DNA of 64,000 nucleotides from Octopus vulgaris (GCA_951406725.2 OX597843.1:682001-746000); one strand, 5' to 3'. Shown: positions 1-12,690, counted from the first letter of the stretch. A program made the numbers and translations. The notes: generated by a model not told the origin, from the sequence alone.

Positions 1-550
1 GTTAGTAGTAGTAGTAGTAGTAGTAGTAGTAGCGCAGGCTTCTTTCAGTTTCCGGCTACCGAATACACTTTAACAAATGTTTTGGCGACCCAGAGCTGCA
101 GTAGAAGACACTGAACGAGGCGCCACATAGTGGGACAGAACCATGTGGTCGGGAAACAAAGCTTCTAGTACCACACAGCCACACACCATCCAACTTGGGG
201 GGAAATTATTATCTTGCTTGGAAACAAGTAAATGTTTGTGACAGGAAAAGCATCCGGCCACACAAAAAAAATCTGCCTCGACAAATTTTGGCGATCAGTA
301 GTAGTAATAGTAGTAGTAGTAATAGTAGTAGTAATAGTAGCAGCAGCAGTAATTGTGGAAATAGTAGTAGTAATAGTAGTAGTAGTAGTAGCAACAGCAG
401 TAATTGTGGAAGTAGTAGTAGTAATAGTAGTAGTAGTAGTAGTAGTAGTAGTAGCAGCAGTAGTAGTAGTAGTAGTAGTATTAGTAATAGCAGCAGCAGT
501 AGTAGTAGTAGTAGTAGTAGCAGCAGTAATTGTGGAAGTAGTAGTAGAAA

Positions 551-600
<50 letters not shown>

Positions 601-815
601 ATAGCAGCAGTAGTAGTAGTAGAGTAGTAGCAGCAGTAATTGTGGAAGTAGTAGTAGGAATAGTAGTAGTAGTAGTAGTAGATGTAGTAGTAGTAGTAGT
701 AGTAGTAGTGGCAGGCTTCTTTCAGTTTCCGGCTACCAAATACACTTACAGTTTCTCGAAGATAAAGATGTCATTGAGAATCGAGCAAAATGATAATAAA
801 CATAGGCGGCATTAC

Positions 816-921
816 CTGTGTGCTAATACGTGTGTTGCTACAGTGATTGTGCTGAAGTCCAGCCGTTCCTGGATAATTGATACACTTTCATTGGAGCAAA
901 TCTTTGATTGTGGGGAGTATC
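816..921 (-). CDS. M12B active-site exon (GYSPQSKICSNESVSIIQERLDFSTITVATHVLAH); zinc motif lacks the catalytic Glu
   Basis: Acceptor ctgcttcttttactag|GA TAC, donor CAC AG|gtaatg. 106 nt, phase 1/2. Aligns to the reprolysin G.A.....C....S.SI.E......T.AHELGH consensus. The gene continues beyond position 1. Confidence 0.92.
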
Positions 922-1132
922 CTAGTAAAAGAAGCAGATGAGGATGAGAGAGATGCATATAGAATGGTTTAAAGTAAGTGATGGGAAGATATGTTAAAAT
1001 ATTTGTGTGTATGTATGTGTGTGTCTGCCTGCCCATCCATTCATCTAACCATGTATCTATACATACATATACATACACACACACACACACACACACATGC
1101 ATGCATACATACATACATATATATATATATAT

Positions 1133-1224
1133 TACAGTTGTTTCATTTGAAGTTTTTATTGTGACATATCCATAACACTGTTAGATTGCATAATATGTTA
1201 CACAACACCCAACTCATCAGGCTA
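1133..1224 (-). ncRNA. Degenerate hammerhead-like motif, truncated by (AT)n
   Basis: Minus strand CTGATGA g ... ttgtgtaacatat...atatgtcacaa ... GAA ACAACTGT A. The 3' strand of stem I is missing. Confidence 0.4.
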
Positions 1225-1485
1225 CCAGATAAAGAAATCACTTCTCACTGAAGATACATACATACATACATACATATCATCATCATCATCATCGTTTAAC
1301 GTCCGTTCTCATTTGAAGGGTTTTCGACCGGGATCTGGGACATATGCATAACACTCCAGTTAGATTGGCATATGTTTCTACAGCTGGATGCCCTTCCTAA
1401 CGCCAACAACTCCATGAGTGTAGTGGGTGCTTTTTACGTGCCACCTGCACAGGTGCCAGGCGAGGCTGGCAACTACCAGGCGAGG

Positions 1486-1514
<29 letters not shown>

Positions 1515-1518
<4 letters not shown>

Positions 1519-1815
1519 CGTGACTGACCAGGCTATCAGATGTTGCTACACATCGCTGGTCACAATGCGCTTTGCATTGTTTTAGCCTTCAAATGACGGA
1601 ACCCCGCTGGCTAAGCGAGCAGGCCAACAGAAGAAAGAGTGAGAGAAAGTTGCGGTGAAAGAGTACAGCAGGGATCGCCACCTCCCCCTGCCGGAGCCTC
1701 ATGGAGCTTTAGGTGTTTTCGCTCAGTAAACACTCACAACGCCAGGTCTGGGAATTGAAACCGCGTTCCTACGACCGCGTGTCCGTTGCCCTAACCACTG
1801 GGCCATTGCGCCTCC
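1515..1815 (-). mobile_element. SINE family B (tail type 1); also ~22552-22852 +, 41865-42150 +, 48098-48391 -
   Basis: Same head; tail ...ggctaaaacaatgc...tgtgaccagcgatgtgt...gtcacg(g)tga followed by (TA)n. Confidence 0.9.
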
Positions 1816-1983
1816 ACATATATATATATATATATATAAAAGCACCAATATGCAAACATAACTATTTGCTTGTACATATGCATACATTACCACTGGCACA
1901 CCAATCTACCAATATACACACCTCCATCCACAACCTGATATATACACTCTCCCCTACACCCACCCACATTTTTAAACACTTAC

Positions 1984-2021
1984 CTCTCAGTTTTTTCTGT
2001 CCATTTTCAAACACTTCAAGG
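1984..2021 (-). CDS. M12B domain 38-nt small exon ((I)LEVFENGQKKLR(G))
   Basis: Acceptor cttgttttgttattgatag|C, donor AGA G|gtaagt. Phase 2/1 is exactly what is needed to join the exons at 4445 and 921. Confidence 0.85.
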
Positions 2022-2057
2022 CTATCAATAACAAAACAAGATATAAACATTTTACAG

Positions 2058-2099
<42 letters not shown>

Positions 2100-2621
2100 A
2101 TTTGCATAAAGTGTACAATGATTTTTAATACTGGTGTATATATATCAGTAGCCTATTTTTTCCTTGTTTTTTAGTTGGGAACCTTTTAATTTCTAAGGGC
2201 ATTCGTGTTTTATAATAAGATCTTTTATTATTACCAGAATTATCCTGCATTGAGATATGAATATAACAAAGCTATATAATTCTATGCCAGTTTATTATTC
2301 TATCTCTTGCTGTTTTTATGAGTATGCATTGCATATCTTAACGGTCTTTACCTAGCAACCAATGAAATCTACCAATGAAATCTCAATGCACTGTTTACTA
2401 ATCGTATTTTGATGTATTTATTGTTATTTCATTCTAAACTATATTACATTAAATCACATGGACTAATTATATAATAATTAATTATCATAATATCAAAGAT
2501 TATTAAATGATACATGGTAATATTGATCAAGTTCTGCAATAATATTATTGCTTTAAATATCAAATCGTTGAATATTACAAGTGTTTTATAAATATAGTGT
2601 TATTGATATCATAGCATATAT

Positions 2622-3036
2622 TACTCTTACTCTTTTACTCTTTTACTTGTTTCAGTCATTTGACTGCGGCCATGCTGGAGCACCGCCTTTAGTCGAGCAA
2701 ATCGACCCCACGACTTATTCTTTGTAAGCCCAGTACTTATTCTATCGGTCTCTTTTGCCGAACCGCTATGTGACGGGGAAGTAAACACACCAGCATCGGT
2801 TGTCAAGCAATGCTAGGGGGACAAACACAGACACACAAACATATACACACACATACATATATATACATATATACGACAGGCTTCTTTCAGTTTCCGTCTA
2901 CAAAATCCACTCACAAGGCTTTGGTTGGCCTGACTCTATAGCAGAAGACACTTGCCAAAGATGCCACACAGTGGGACTGAACCCGGAACCATGTGGTTGG
3001 TTAGCAAGCTACTTACCACACAGCCACTCCTGCGCC
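2622..3036 (-). mobile_element. SINE family A, full length (other - copies ~4660-5008, 28195-28545, 35698-36120, 38385-38790, 38845-39005, 42240-42635, 43850-44245, 44270-44605, 57830-58198)
   Basis: Reverse complement of the family A consensus. Confidence 0.9.
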
Positions 3037-3289
3037 TATATATATATATATATATAAATATTTAAAGTATTTAAATACTCCATACAACAATAAATATGTG
3101 AATCTTTCAGGAATAACCATTAAAATCTTCATCATCGTCATCATCAACATCCTTATAGGCACAGGCGTGGCTGTGTAGTAAGAAGTTTGCTTTCCAACCA
3201 TATGGTTCTGGGTTCAGCCCCACTGTGTGGTACCTTGGGCAACTATCGCTTTGTGCTGACCAAAGTCTTGGGAGTGGATTTGGTAGACA

Positions 3290-3490
3290 GAAAATTAGCA
3301 AAAATGTGTGGTTGTCTCTAAAAGAAGATCGGATTTCAGGTGCATAAGATCTCTTTGACTGTGACATGGAAGACAAAAGCTTTTTGAACAGGTAATGACC
3401 GTGAGTCTATGGCTATGATTCCAAAACCAAGGCTCAGTCTTCGCAGTGGAAGATTCAACAAGATTTCAAAACATCAAAAAAATCTAAGAG
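3290..3490 (+). pseudogene. Mariner transposase relic
   Basis: Decayed FLNRVMT...VYGYD.KTKAQSSQWK, matching the region around the first catalytic Asp. Confidence 0.7.
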
Positions 3491-3782
3491 AATGAAACAA
3501 TAGGCGCAGGAGTGGTTGTATGGTAAGTAGCTTGCCTACCAACCACATGGTTGCGGGTTCAGTCCCACTGCGTGGCATCTTGGGTAAGTGTCTTCTGCTA
3601 TAGCCTCGTGAAAGTGTTGCAGCTCGTGAAAGCTCAATTTCTTGTATTTCTTTCCAGTTTTATACACCATTCCTGGGATACAAGAATTTGTAATGCAAGG
3701 GCCAGAGACAAGCCCCGTACCAGCTAAAAGTAGCAAGACTGGTAAGCATAACCAGAGTAAAATATCATAAACAACAAAAACA

Positions 3783-4332
3783 ATCATCATCATGGTTTAA
3801 TGTCCGTTTTCCATGCTAGCATGGGTTGGACGGTTCGACCGGGATCTGGGAAGCCAGGAGGCTGCACTAGGCTCCAGCCTTATCTGGCAATGTTTCTACA
3901 GCTGGATGCCCTTCCTAATGCCAACCACTCTGTGAGTGTAGTGGGTGCTTTTTACATGCCACCGGCACAAGTGCCAGGCGAGGCTGCAACAGCCACAACC
4001 GGATTGGTGCTTTTTACGTGCCACCGGCACAGGTGCCAGGCGAGGCTGGCAAACGGCCACAATCGGATTGGTGCTTTTCACGTGCCACCAGCACAGAAGC
4101 CAGTCAAGGCGGGGCTGGTATCGGCCATGTTCAGATGGTGCTTTTTTGGATGGCACAGGGATCACAACTACAATTTCCATTGATTTTTGATGTTGGTGTA
4201 CTTGACTCAATAGGTCTCCGGTGTTTCTTTACCAGCCACCTGCACAGGAGTCAGTCCAGCAGCACTGGCAACTGCCGGGGTGCCAGTCATAGGATTGGTT
4301 CAATTCCGATTCCGATTTCACTTGCCCCAACA
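3783..4332 (-). mobile_element. RTE 3' UTR fragment (other copies ~1277-1487 -, 21763-22084 -, 27860-28133 +, 29184-29325 +, 45752-46285 +, 50080-50280 +)
   Basis: Reverse complement of the 49600-49895 tail, starting at (CAT)n. Confidence 0.85.
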
Positions 4333-4444
4333 GGTAACAAAAACAATATTAACAACAATAACATAACGACATTAACAACGACGTAAACAACAGCAGCAAC
4401 AACAACAAGTAAAACATGAAGCAAAAACAGAGAGTCAATCGTAC

Positions 4445-4584
4445 ATGGTGAAGAACATAGCATGGTCATGTTCTGGAAGATTCCTTCGTTTTGACCAGTG
4501 TGTTAGGGCTTTGAGGAACTGGTCGGTTTTAATCTCGGTCTTTTGACGTCCGTCTTTGTCCAGCCACAGTCTTGACTTGGGGTC
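4445..4584 (-). CDS. M12B domain exon (DPKSRLWLDKDGRQKTEIKTDQFLKALTHWSKRRNLPEHDHAMFFT)
   Basis: Acceptor ttttgttttctgttgcag|GAC, donor ACC AT|gtacga. 140 nt, phase 0/2. Contains L..F..W and P.HDHAM.FT, hallmarks of ADAMTS-type domains. Confidence 0.92.
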
Positions 4585-5384
4585 CTGCAACAGAAAACAA
4601 AAAGGAGCTGGTATATATGACATTGTACTGCAGGAAAGGAATATATATATATATATATTTTTTTTACTTGTTTCAGTCATTTGACTGCAGCCATGCTGGA
4701 GCACCGCCTTTAGTCGAGCAAATCGACCCTGGGACTTATTCTTTGTAAGCCCAGTACTTATTCTATCGGTCTCTTTTGCCGAACCGCTAAGTGACGGGGA
4801 CGTAAACACACCAGCATCGGTTGTCAAGCAATGCTAGGGGGACAAACACAGACACACAAACACACACATATATATATATACATATATACGACAGGCTTCT
4901 TTCAGTTTCCGTCTACCAAATCCACTCACAAGGCATTGGTCGGCCCGGGGCTATAGCAGAAGACACTTTGCCCAAGATGCCACGCAGTGGGACTGAACCC
5001 AGAACCATATATATATATATATATATATAGCCAGATAACCGAAGAGATGACGTTGTGGATTTCCACTTCGGCATCTGAAACTCAGAGTTTTATCTTGACT
5101 ACCGAGTAATGTAACATATTATTTTATAGATAAATTTCCTCTATTCACATAATATTGAGGTCTCTTTCTTTCTTTGTTATCTTACCGTTTTACCAATATA
5201 TATATATATATATATATATATAGATGAGTGAATTTTTACCTTGTTAACAATTAAACCGAAAAAATGAATAAATATATATATATATATATCCACCTAGTGG
5301 TTTTTTAGCCCTTAATATACACACACATACACACACACATATATATATATATAATTATTATTATTTTCATCATTATCATTATTA

Positions 5385-5416
<32 letters not shown>

Positions 5417-5419
<3 letters not shown>

Positions 5420-5920
5420 GAGTGAGATAGCAGTGCATGCCATCAAAGTGACACTGGGGTAAAATATACGAAGCCCAGTATACCCATCATGACTACCCGT
5501 CTGATAAGGGTACACCAGGCACATGCATCACAACCATATGTGCGCGACATGGTGATCTCATATCAAGATAAACAGCACATGACCTTGCAGGTGTGGCCTA
5601 GTTAGAATTTTCTTCAGGTTGAGTAGCCCATCCCGCTCAAACGGTCCCTGAATAAGAGTTGTTTAAGGATGTTGAAAAAACCACCCATGTTTCCAGAGGC
5701 GAATTATTCAAACCCAAAAGAATCCCTCTCAATACATGGCTATGATGCTCCCCCACTACTTCTGCTCGTGATCAGAGATGCACATATCGTCAGCCACTAA
5801 GGGACATGCTTAACTGATTAAGGTCAAACAACTGACAAGCAAATCTGTGGTATTGAGCAGACAAAACAATGTACATGATAACACTTCCAATCAGTTAAGA
5901 TCAGAAGCCATGAGAGCCTA
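5417..5920 (-). mobile_element. Interspersed repeat inserted in (TAA)n, probably a LINE 3' UTR; copy at ~45042-45490, partial inverted copy ~47920-48085
   Basis: About 450 bp of high similarity between copies, each abutting (ATT)n. Confidence 0.75.
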
Positions 5921-6589
5921 TTATTATTATTATTATTATTATTATCATTATTATTATTATTATCATTATTATTATTATTATCATTATTATTATTATTATC
6001 ATTATTATTATTATTATTATTATTAACTACATATACCTCATGGAATTGAAGGTGAGTTATCTCACTGGATTAATGAATCTGAGGTGTTTTTAACACCCAG
6101 TGTTTTGGGAGTGTATACACTCCCCTACACACTTGGAGCTATACACACACACACACACACATACACACATATATAGGGAGAGTTCAAGAAAAAAAACAAA
6201 AGACGAAGACAGGTGGTGTACAAAACAAACAGATGTATTATTATAACGCTCAGGAATAGAAAAAGTCTTTTATGTTTCGAGCCTATGATCTTCTACAGAA
6301 AGGGACACAGAAAAAAGCAAGGATAGAAAGAAAAGGAGAGAAAAAAAGGAGAGAAAAAAGGGAGAGAGAGAGTATTCTTTATAATTGGATAAATCTTTAT
6401 TAGCGCTTTCATTCGTTAACTGAACTCTTCAAAACAAAAAAAATTAAAACCAAAATCATCGTTTTCATTTTTGCTCGGTTAACGAAGGAAAATGCTAATA
6501 AAGAATTATCCAAAATTCTGACTGTCTCCTTTTTCACAATATACAATAACTGTACACGACTCCAAACACTCTACACACACACACACAAA

Positions 6590-6670
6590 TGTATATATGA
6601 CTATATGTAGGTATGTATGTGTGTGTGTATGTATGTATGTATGTATATATGTATTATGTATGTATGTATG

Positions 6671-6704
<34 letters not shown>

Positions 6705-6898
6705 TGTATGTATGTATGTATGTATGTATGTATATATGTATGCATGTATATATATGTATGTATGTATGTATGTATATGTATGCATGTATGTATGTATATA
6801 TGTATGTATGTATGTGTGTATGTATGTATATATATATATGTATGTATATGTATGCATGTATATGTATGCATGTATATGTATGCATGTATGTATGTATG

Positions 6899-6984
<86 letters not shown>

Positions 6985-7292
6985 TTTATGTATGTATGTA
7001 TATATTTATGTATGTATATATGTATGTATGTATGTATATATGTATGTATGTCTGTATGTACGTATGTATGTATGTATTTATGTATGTATGTATATATTTA
7101 TGTATGTATATATGTATGTATATATGTATGTATGTATATATGTATGTATGTCTGTATGTATGTATGTATATATGTATGTATGTATGTATGTATATATGTA
7201 TGTATGTATGTATATATGTATGCATGTATATATGTATGTATATATTTATGTATATATGTATGCATATATATATATATATATATATATGTATG
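6590..7292. repeat. (TATG)n/(TA)n microsatellite, representative of many similar tracts (e.g. 19635-19980, 26050-26540, 42797-43465, 60440-60780)
   Basis: Direct inspection. Confidence 0.95.
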
Positions 7293-7658
7293 TTTCTATC
7301 ACCAACACAAAAACAACCACCAACAGGGACAGTAACATATCACATGAAGTGTATAAGTGAATCCATTTCAAACAAAAACATATTATGTTGGTATCCTGGT
7401 GTGTTTCAAAGGTTGAACGAAATGTCTTTGATCTTAGGTGTGCGAGGATTGCCAAAACAGCCACAGCAATACAATTAGCAAGAACAATATAACCACAACA
7501 ACAATACCAACAATACTCGCTCTTTGTTACTAACGTCTAAACCGATGCAGCTCACATCTCTCGCCCACCACTATCAACTCACCAAGCTTTTGAATTCAAC
7601 CGGCTGCAATAGATATCAGCATGTACGCAAACACGAGTGTATGTGTATATGAGTGTGT

Positions 7659-8206
7659 GGAGGCGCAATGGCCCAGTGGTTAGGGCAGCGGACTCGCGGT
7701 CGTAGGATCGCGGTTTCGATTCCCAGACCGGGCATTGTGAGTGTTTATTGAGCAAAAATACCTAAAGCTCCACGAGGCTCCGGCAGGGATGGTGGTGATC
7801 CCTGCTGTACTCTTTCACCTTGGTGGAGGCGCAATGGCCCAGTGGTTAGGGCAGCGGACTCGCGGCCGTAGGATCGCAGTTTCGATTCCCAGACCGGGCG
7901 TTGTGAGTGTTTATTGAGCGAAAACACCTAAAGCTCCACGAGGCTCCGGCAGGGGATGGTGGTGATCCCTGCTGTACTCTTTCACCACAACTTTCTCTCA
8001 CTCTTACTTCCTGTTTCTGTTGTACCTGTATTTCAAAGGGCCGGCCTTGTCACTCTCTGTGTCACGCTGAATATCCCCGAGAACTACGTTAAGGGTACAC
8101 GTGTCTGTGGAGTGCTCAGCCACTTACACGTTAATTTCACGAGCAGGCTGTTCCGTTGATTCGGATCAACCGGAACCCTCGTCGTCATAACCGACGGAGT
8201 GCTTCC
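7659..8206 (+). mobile_element. SINE family B: truncated head (7659-7820) followed by a full copy (7825-8206, tail type 2)
   Basis: Second copy is near-identical to 59115-59500. Confidence 0.9.
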
Positions 8207-8312
8207 ATGAAGTGTGCGTATGTGAGAGAGAGAGAGAGAGAAAGAGGGAGAGAGCCTGTAGGCATGGTCCCAGGAATGTTTTGAAGCAAGAGCACAAGGT
8301 CAGAAGAGAATA

Positions 8313-8716
8313 CGGATCTTTTCGGTTTGAACGGCAGTTTTTTCTAGCGGTGTCATATGAAATTGTCACCCATAATTATGACCCTAGTATCGATCTATTG
8401 CATTTCAATCTCTTTTAGGGTTAGGGTTAGGGAAGAGTATCTTTTTTCTTCACAAATGTAAATAAACCCAATCTGTTTCTTAAACGAGGGACATATTCAT
8501 ACGGCACAGAATGTTTTTTTTACCTCAATAGATGTCACTGATTGGTTGAAATTGCAGAAATTGAAGAAAAAAAAACCCAAATATCTTACAAACTATAGAA
8601 TTTTCTCAATAAAGCCAAGAGAAAAAGATGTTTTATAAACACATTCTACCAGAATACGAAGTTTAAAAGTGTTTAGTTACGTGGAAATTATTTAAAAAAA
8701 CTTCCGAAAAGATCCG
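8313..8716. mobile_element. MITE-like DNA element with TIRs and internal (TTAGGG)3
   Basis: cggatcttttcgg ... ccgaaaagatccg. Flanks agaata/ggaata may be a 6-bp TSD with one mismatch. Confidence 0.7.
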
Positions 8717-9469
8717 GGAATACAGTTCCAGGAGGAAAGGACATAATAACATTATTTAGAAGGGCGTACTTCTTTTCTTGAGGGTGGCATGTGACCCTCA
8801 GCTGCCCTGGGTCCACCCCTTGAGTGCTTCTGTATGATTGTATATGTGTTATTTCTTTATTACCCATAACGAGCTGATGAAGATAAGAAACAAAGAACAC
8901 ATTGGGGTCATAAAATGCCCTCCACCCGCCAAAAAAAACGTATAATAAAATGAGACAGGTGAGAATGAAAGATGAAAGTGATGTTACCTGTGCCATCGGA
9001 TAGCATCACTTACCTGTCTTCTTTCCCAATGTCCTCTTCTAATAGTCTTCCGAAAAATTATTGTATATGTGTGTGTGTGTATTTATGTCTGAAATCGGAA
9101 GTGCAGGGGGCGAATTGTCTATAAAATCTGGTGACCCTATCAAGCGATCATAGATGACCTTTAGGATAATGTGTGAGTAGAATATATCCCTGAGAATACA
9201 GTTTCTTAAATCCAGCCAATGAATTAAGGTGTGATAGCTAACTTCAAGGCATATTCTTTTCTAATCTAGGTACAAGACCCAAAACTTTTGGGGAGGGGGC
9301 CGGTCAATTAGATCGACCCCAGTACACAACTGGTACTTGATTTATCAACTTCGAAATGACGGAAAGCAAAGTCGATCTCGGTGGAATTTGAATTCAGAAC
9401 GTAAAGACAGACGAAGTACCGCTAAGCATTTCGCCCAGCGTCCAAACATTCCTGCCACTTTGGGAATCT

Positions 9470-10410
9470 GGCCGGAAAATGAGTTGAACACCTTCTGTAA
9501 TTCATTCTGGATCTTGACAACGGTGTTAAAACTGTAACCTTTGAGATGCATTTTCATCTTGGAGAAGAGATGGAAGTCAACAGGTGCTACATCTGGCAAA
9601 TAGGGCAGGTGTGAAGTGATGCCATGTTGTTTTTGGTGAGAAAATCATGAGTGAGGCGCAGGAGTGGCTGTGTGGTAAGTAGCTTGCTAACCAACTACAT
9701 GGTTCTGGGTTCAGTCCCACTGCGCGGCACCTTGGGTAAGTGTCTTCTGCCATAGCCCCGGGCCGACCAAAGCCTTGTGAGTGGATTTGCAGACGGAAAC
9801 TGAAAGAAGCCTGTCGTATATATGTATATATATATATATATATGTGTGTGTGTATATGTTTGTGTGTCTGTGTTTGTCCCCCTAGCATTGCTTGACAACC
9901 GATGCTGGTGTGTTTACATCCCCGTAACTTAGCGGTTCGGCAAAAAAAGAGACCGATAGAATAAGTACTGGGCTTACAAAGAATAAGTCCCGGGGTCGAT
10001 TTGCTCGACTAAAGGTGGTGCTCCAGCATGGCCACAGTCAAATGACTGAAACAAGTAAAAGAGTAAAAAGAGTAAAGAGTGAGAAGATCTCGGTGAAGAA
10101 TTCAGCTCTTCATACTCCACAGATCCGGTCGCTTTCACCGAATATCGTCCCTCACACACTTCAAAACATTGTAGTAGAACTCTTAGTCAATGGTCTGGCC
10201 CCCAGGGAAGAATTCTTGATGCACAGTACCACATTTTCTGGGTGACACTTGTGGCAGGTCTTCCAGATCGACCATCATCTTCCAGGAACGTTCTTCCATT
10301 TTCAAAGAGCCTCTGACACTCAAAGCATTGCATACGATCCAATGCCTCATTGCTGTAAGCTTACCAAAGCCTGCTCAATGTCTCCATAGCTTTGGGGTTC
10401 GGCAAAAGAG
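9470..10410 (-). pseudogene. Mariner transposase relic interrupted by SINE A
   Basis: Decayed VVHQEFFPGGQT...FYYNVL...KRPDLW (10080-10230) and PDVAPVDFHLFSKMK (YSPDLAP motif region, ~9540-9600). Confidence 0.8.
9655..10080 (+). mobile_element. SINE family A, full length, inserted in a mariner relic (other + copies ~10761-11160, 15262-15712, 18361-18720, 34688-35110, 39005-39390)
   Basis: Near-identical to 36811-37226. Confidence 0.9.
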
Positions 10411-11985
10411 CCCAAGAGAAACAGGCATCAAGCTTCAAAAACCCATTTGACTAAACCAGGGACGGGCAATCTTTTACGAAAAGCAGGCCACACAAGACAT
10501 GACTCATCGTTGGGCAACACGCACCACCAAAAACATCCAAAGTAAAGTCCTACCGGCCAATATTCGCCCATGACCGGACTACACCCTTGACCTTTCAATG
10601 CAGTGCTCCAGCATGACCACAGTCAAACGATTGATTCAAGTAAACCGTAAAATATAAACATTATGGTGTACAATAAACTATTTTCTTTGACATTCCAAAC
10701 TGAACTTTACAAACATTTCCTTCACCAAATTCAGTCTTGTTTATTAATGTTACAAATTCTGGAGTGGCTGTGTGGTAAGTGGCTTGTTTACCAACCACAT
10801 GATTCCGGGTTCAGTCCCACTGCGTGGCATCTTGGGCAAGTGTCTTCTGCTATAGCCTCGGGCCGACCAAAGCCTTGTGAGTGGATTTGGTAGACGGAAA
10901 CTGAAAAGAAGCCCGTCGTATATATGTATATATATATCTATATGTGTGTTTGTGTGTCTGTGTTTGTCCCTCTAGCATTGCTTGACAACCGATGCTGGTG
11001 TGTTTATGTCCCCGTCACTTAGTGGTTCGGCAAAAGAGACCGATAGAATAAGTACTGGGCTTACAAAAGAAGAAGTCCCAGGGTCGAGTTGCTCGACTAA
11101 AGGCGGTGCTCCAGCATGGCCGCAGTCAAATGACTGAAACAAGTAAAAGAGTAAAGAGAGTTATGCTAGATTTTTTTGTTGTTTTTTTTTGTATTCATTA
11201 ACATTTTGTTTGTTGCACATTGCATCCATTCTTTGCATGGCTACGTTCGTTGTTCTGCTGAATGTGTTTGGGTTCGGCATAATGCAACTTTGTTTGAAGC
11301 TATTCACCAGAAACCTTTTGAAATCAACAGCTCACTACTTAGCGACATCGTCATCATTGTCGTCATCATCATTATCATTGTCCTCATTGTCATCATCGCC
11401 ACCATCATCGTCATCGTCGTCATCATCATCATTATCATTGTCGTCATCGTTGACTTCGTCATCATCATCGTCATCATTGTTATCATCATCATCACCATCA
11501 TCATCGTCATCCTCAAGATTGTCAGCGACATTGACATCATCGTCGTCGTCGCCGTCATCATCGTCATCATCATCACCATCACCATCATCACTATCATCGT
11601 CAGCATCATCCTTATCAGCAACATTGTCATCATCGTCATTATCATCATAATCATCATCATCATCATCATTGTCATCATCATCGTCATCGTCATTACTGTC
11701 ATCATCATTGTCAATGTTATCGTTATCATCTACATCATCATCATTATCATCGTCATCATCATCGGTGGCGGCGTCATCATCAACATCGTCATTATCACCA
11801 TTACTGTCATCATCATCATCATCATCATCATTGTTTAACATCTGCCATCCATGCTGTTTGGATGGTTTGACAGAATCAGACAAGTCAGAAGACCATGCGA
11901 AGGTCCAATGTCAGTAGTAGCATGGTTTCTATGGCTTGATCATCATCATTACCATCATCATCAACCACCACCACCATCACCACCA

Positions 11986-12690
11986 GACCGGGCGATGTGT
12001 GAGCGAAACACCTAAGCTCCACGCGGCTCCGGCAGAAGGTAATGGTGAACTTCTACCAGACAGTGGAGGCACATGGCCTAGTGGTTAGAGCAGCAGACTC
12101 ACAGTTGAGGGATCACGGGTTCGAATCTCAGACCGGGCGATGTGTGTGTTTATGAGTGAAACACCTAAGCTCCATGCGGCTCCGGCAGAAGGTAATGGCG
12201 AAACTTCTGCTGACTCTTTCGCCACAACTTTCTCTAACTCTTTCTTCCTGCATCTTGCAGCTCACCTGCGACGGACTGGCATCCCGTCCAGGTGGGGAAC
12301 CTATACGCCAAGAAACTGGGAAACCGGCCCTTATGAGCCATGGAACACCTGAAAAAGGAACACCTGATGTGTGAAGGCTGTTGCTGGAGGCACACGGCCT
12401 AGTGGTTAGAGCAGCGGACTTGCGGTCGAGGGATCGTGGGTTCGAATCTCAGACCGGATGATGTGTGTGTTTATGAGCGAAAACACCTAAGCTCCATGCG
12501 ACTCCAGCAGAAGGTAATGGCGAAACTTCTGCTGACTCTTTCACCACAACTTTCTCTCACTCTTTCCTCCTGCATCTTGCAGCTCACCTGCGACGGACCG
12601 GCGTCCCGTTCAGGTGGGGAACCTATACGCCAAAGAAACCAGGAAACTGGCCCTTATGAGCCAGGCATGGCTCAAGAAGGTACAAACAAG
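11986..12690 (+). mobile_element. Tandem cluster of SINE family B copies (tail type 3); inverted copy at ~14368-14662
   Basis: Heads at ~12065 and ~12387; tail cacctgcgacggaccggcgtcccg...ggcccttatgagcc. Confidence 0.85.

Noticed and set aside
827-829. RNA editing restoring the catalytic Glu
   Set aside because: A-to-I turns GUA into GUG (still Val); U-to-A editing is not an established mechanism.
6262-6300. Possible hammerhead (ctgtagaaga...gctcGAAACataaaag)
   Set aside because: Core and stem I too degenerate to draw; probably a related relic but unsupported.
7659-7735. tRNA-like sequences
   Set aside because: They are multi-copy SINE heads continuing into SINE bodies, not tRNA genes.
9008-9040. 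Consensus donor CAG|GTAAGT on the minus strand
   Set aside because: No good acceptor giving a frame-preserving exon; the neighbouring exons already join in frame.
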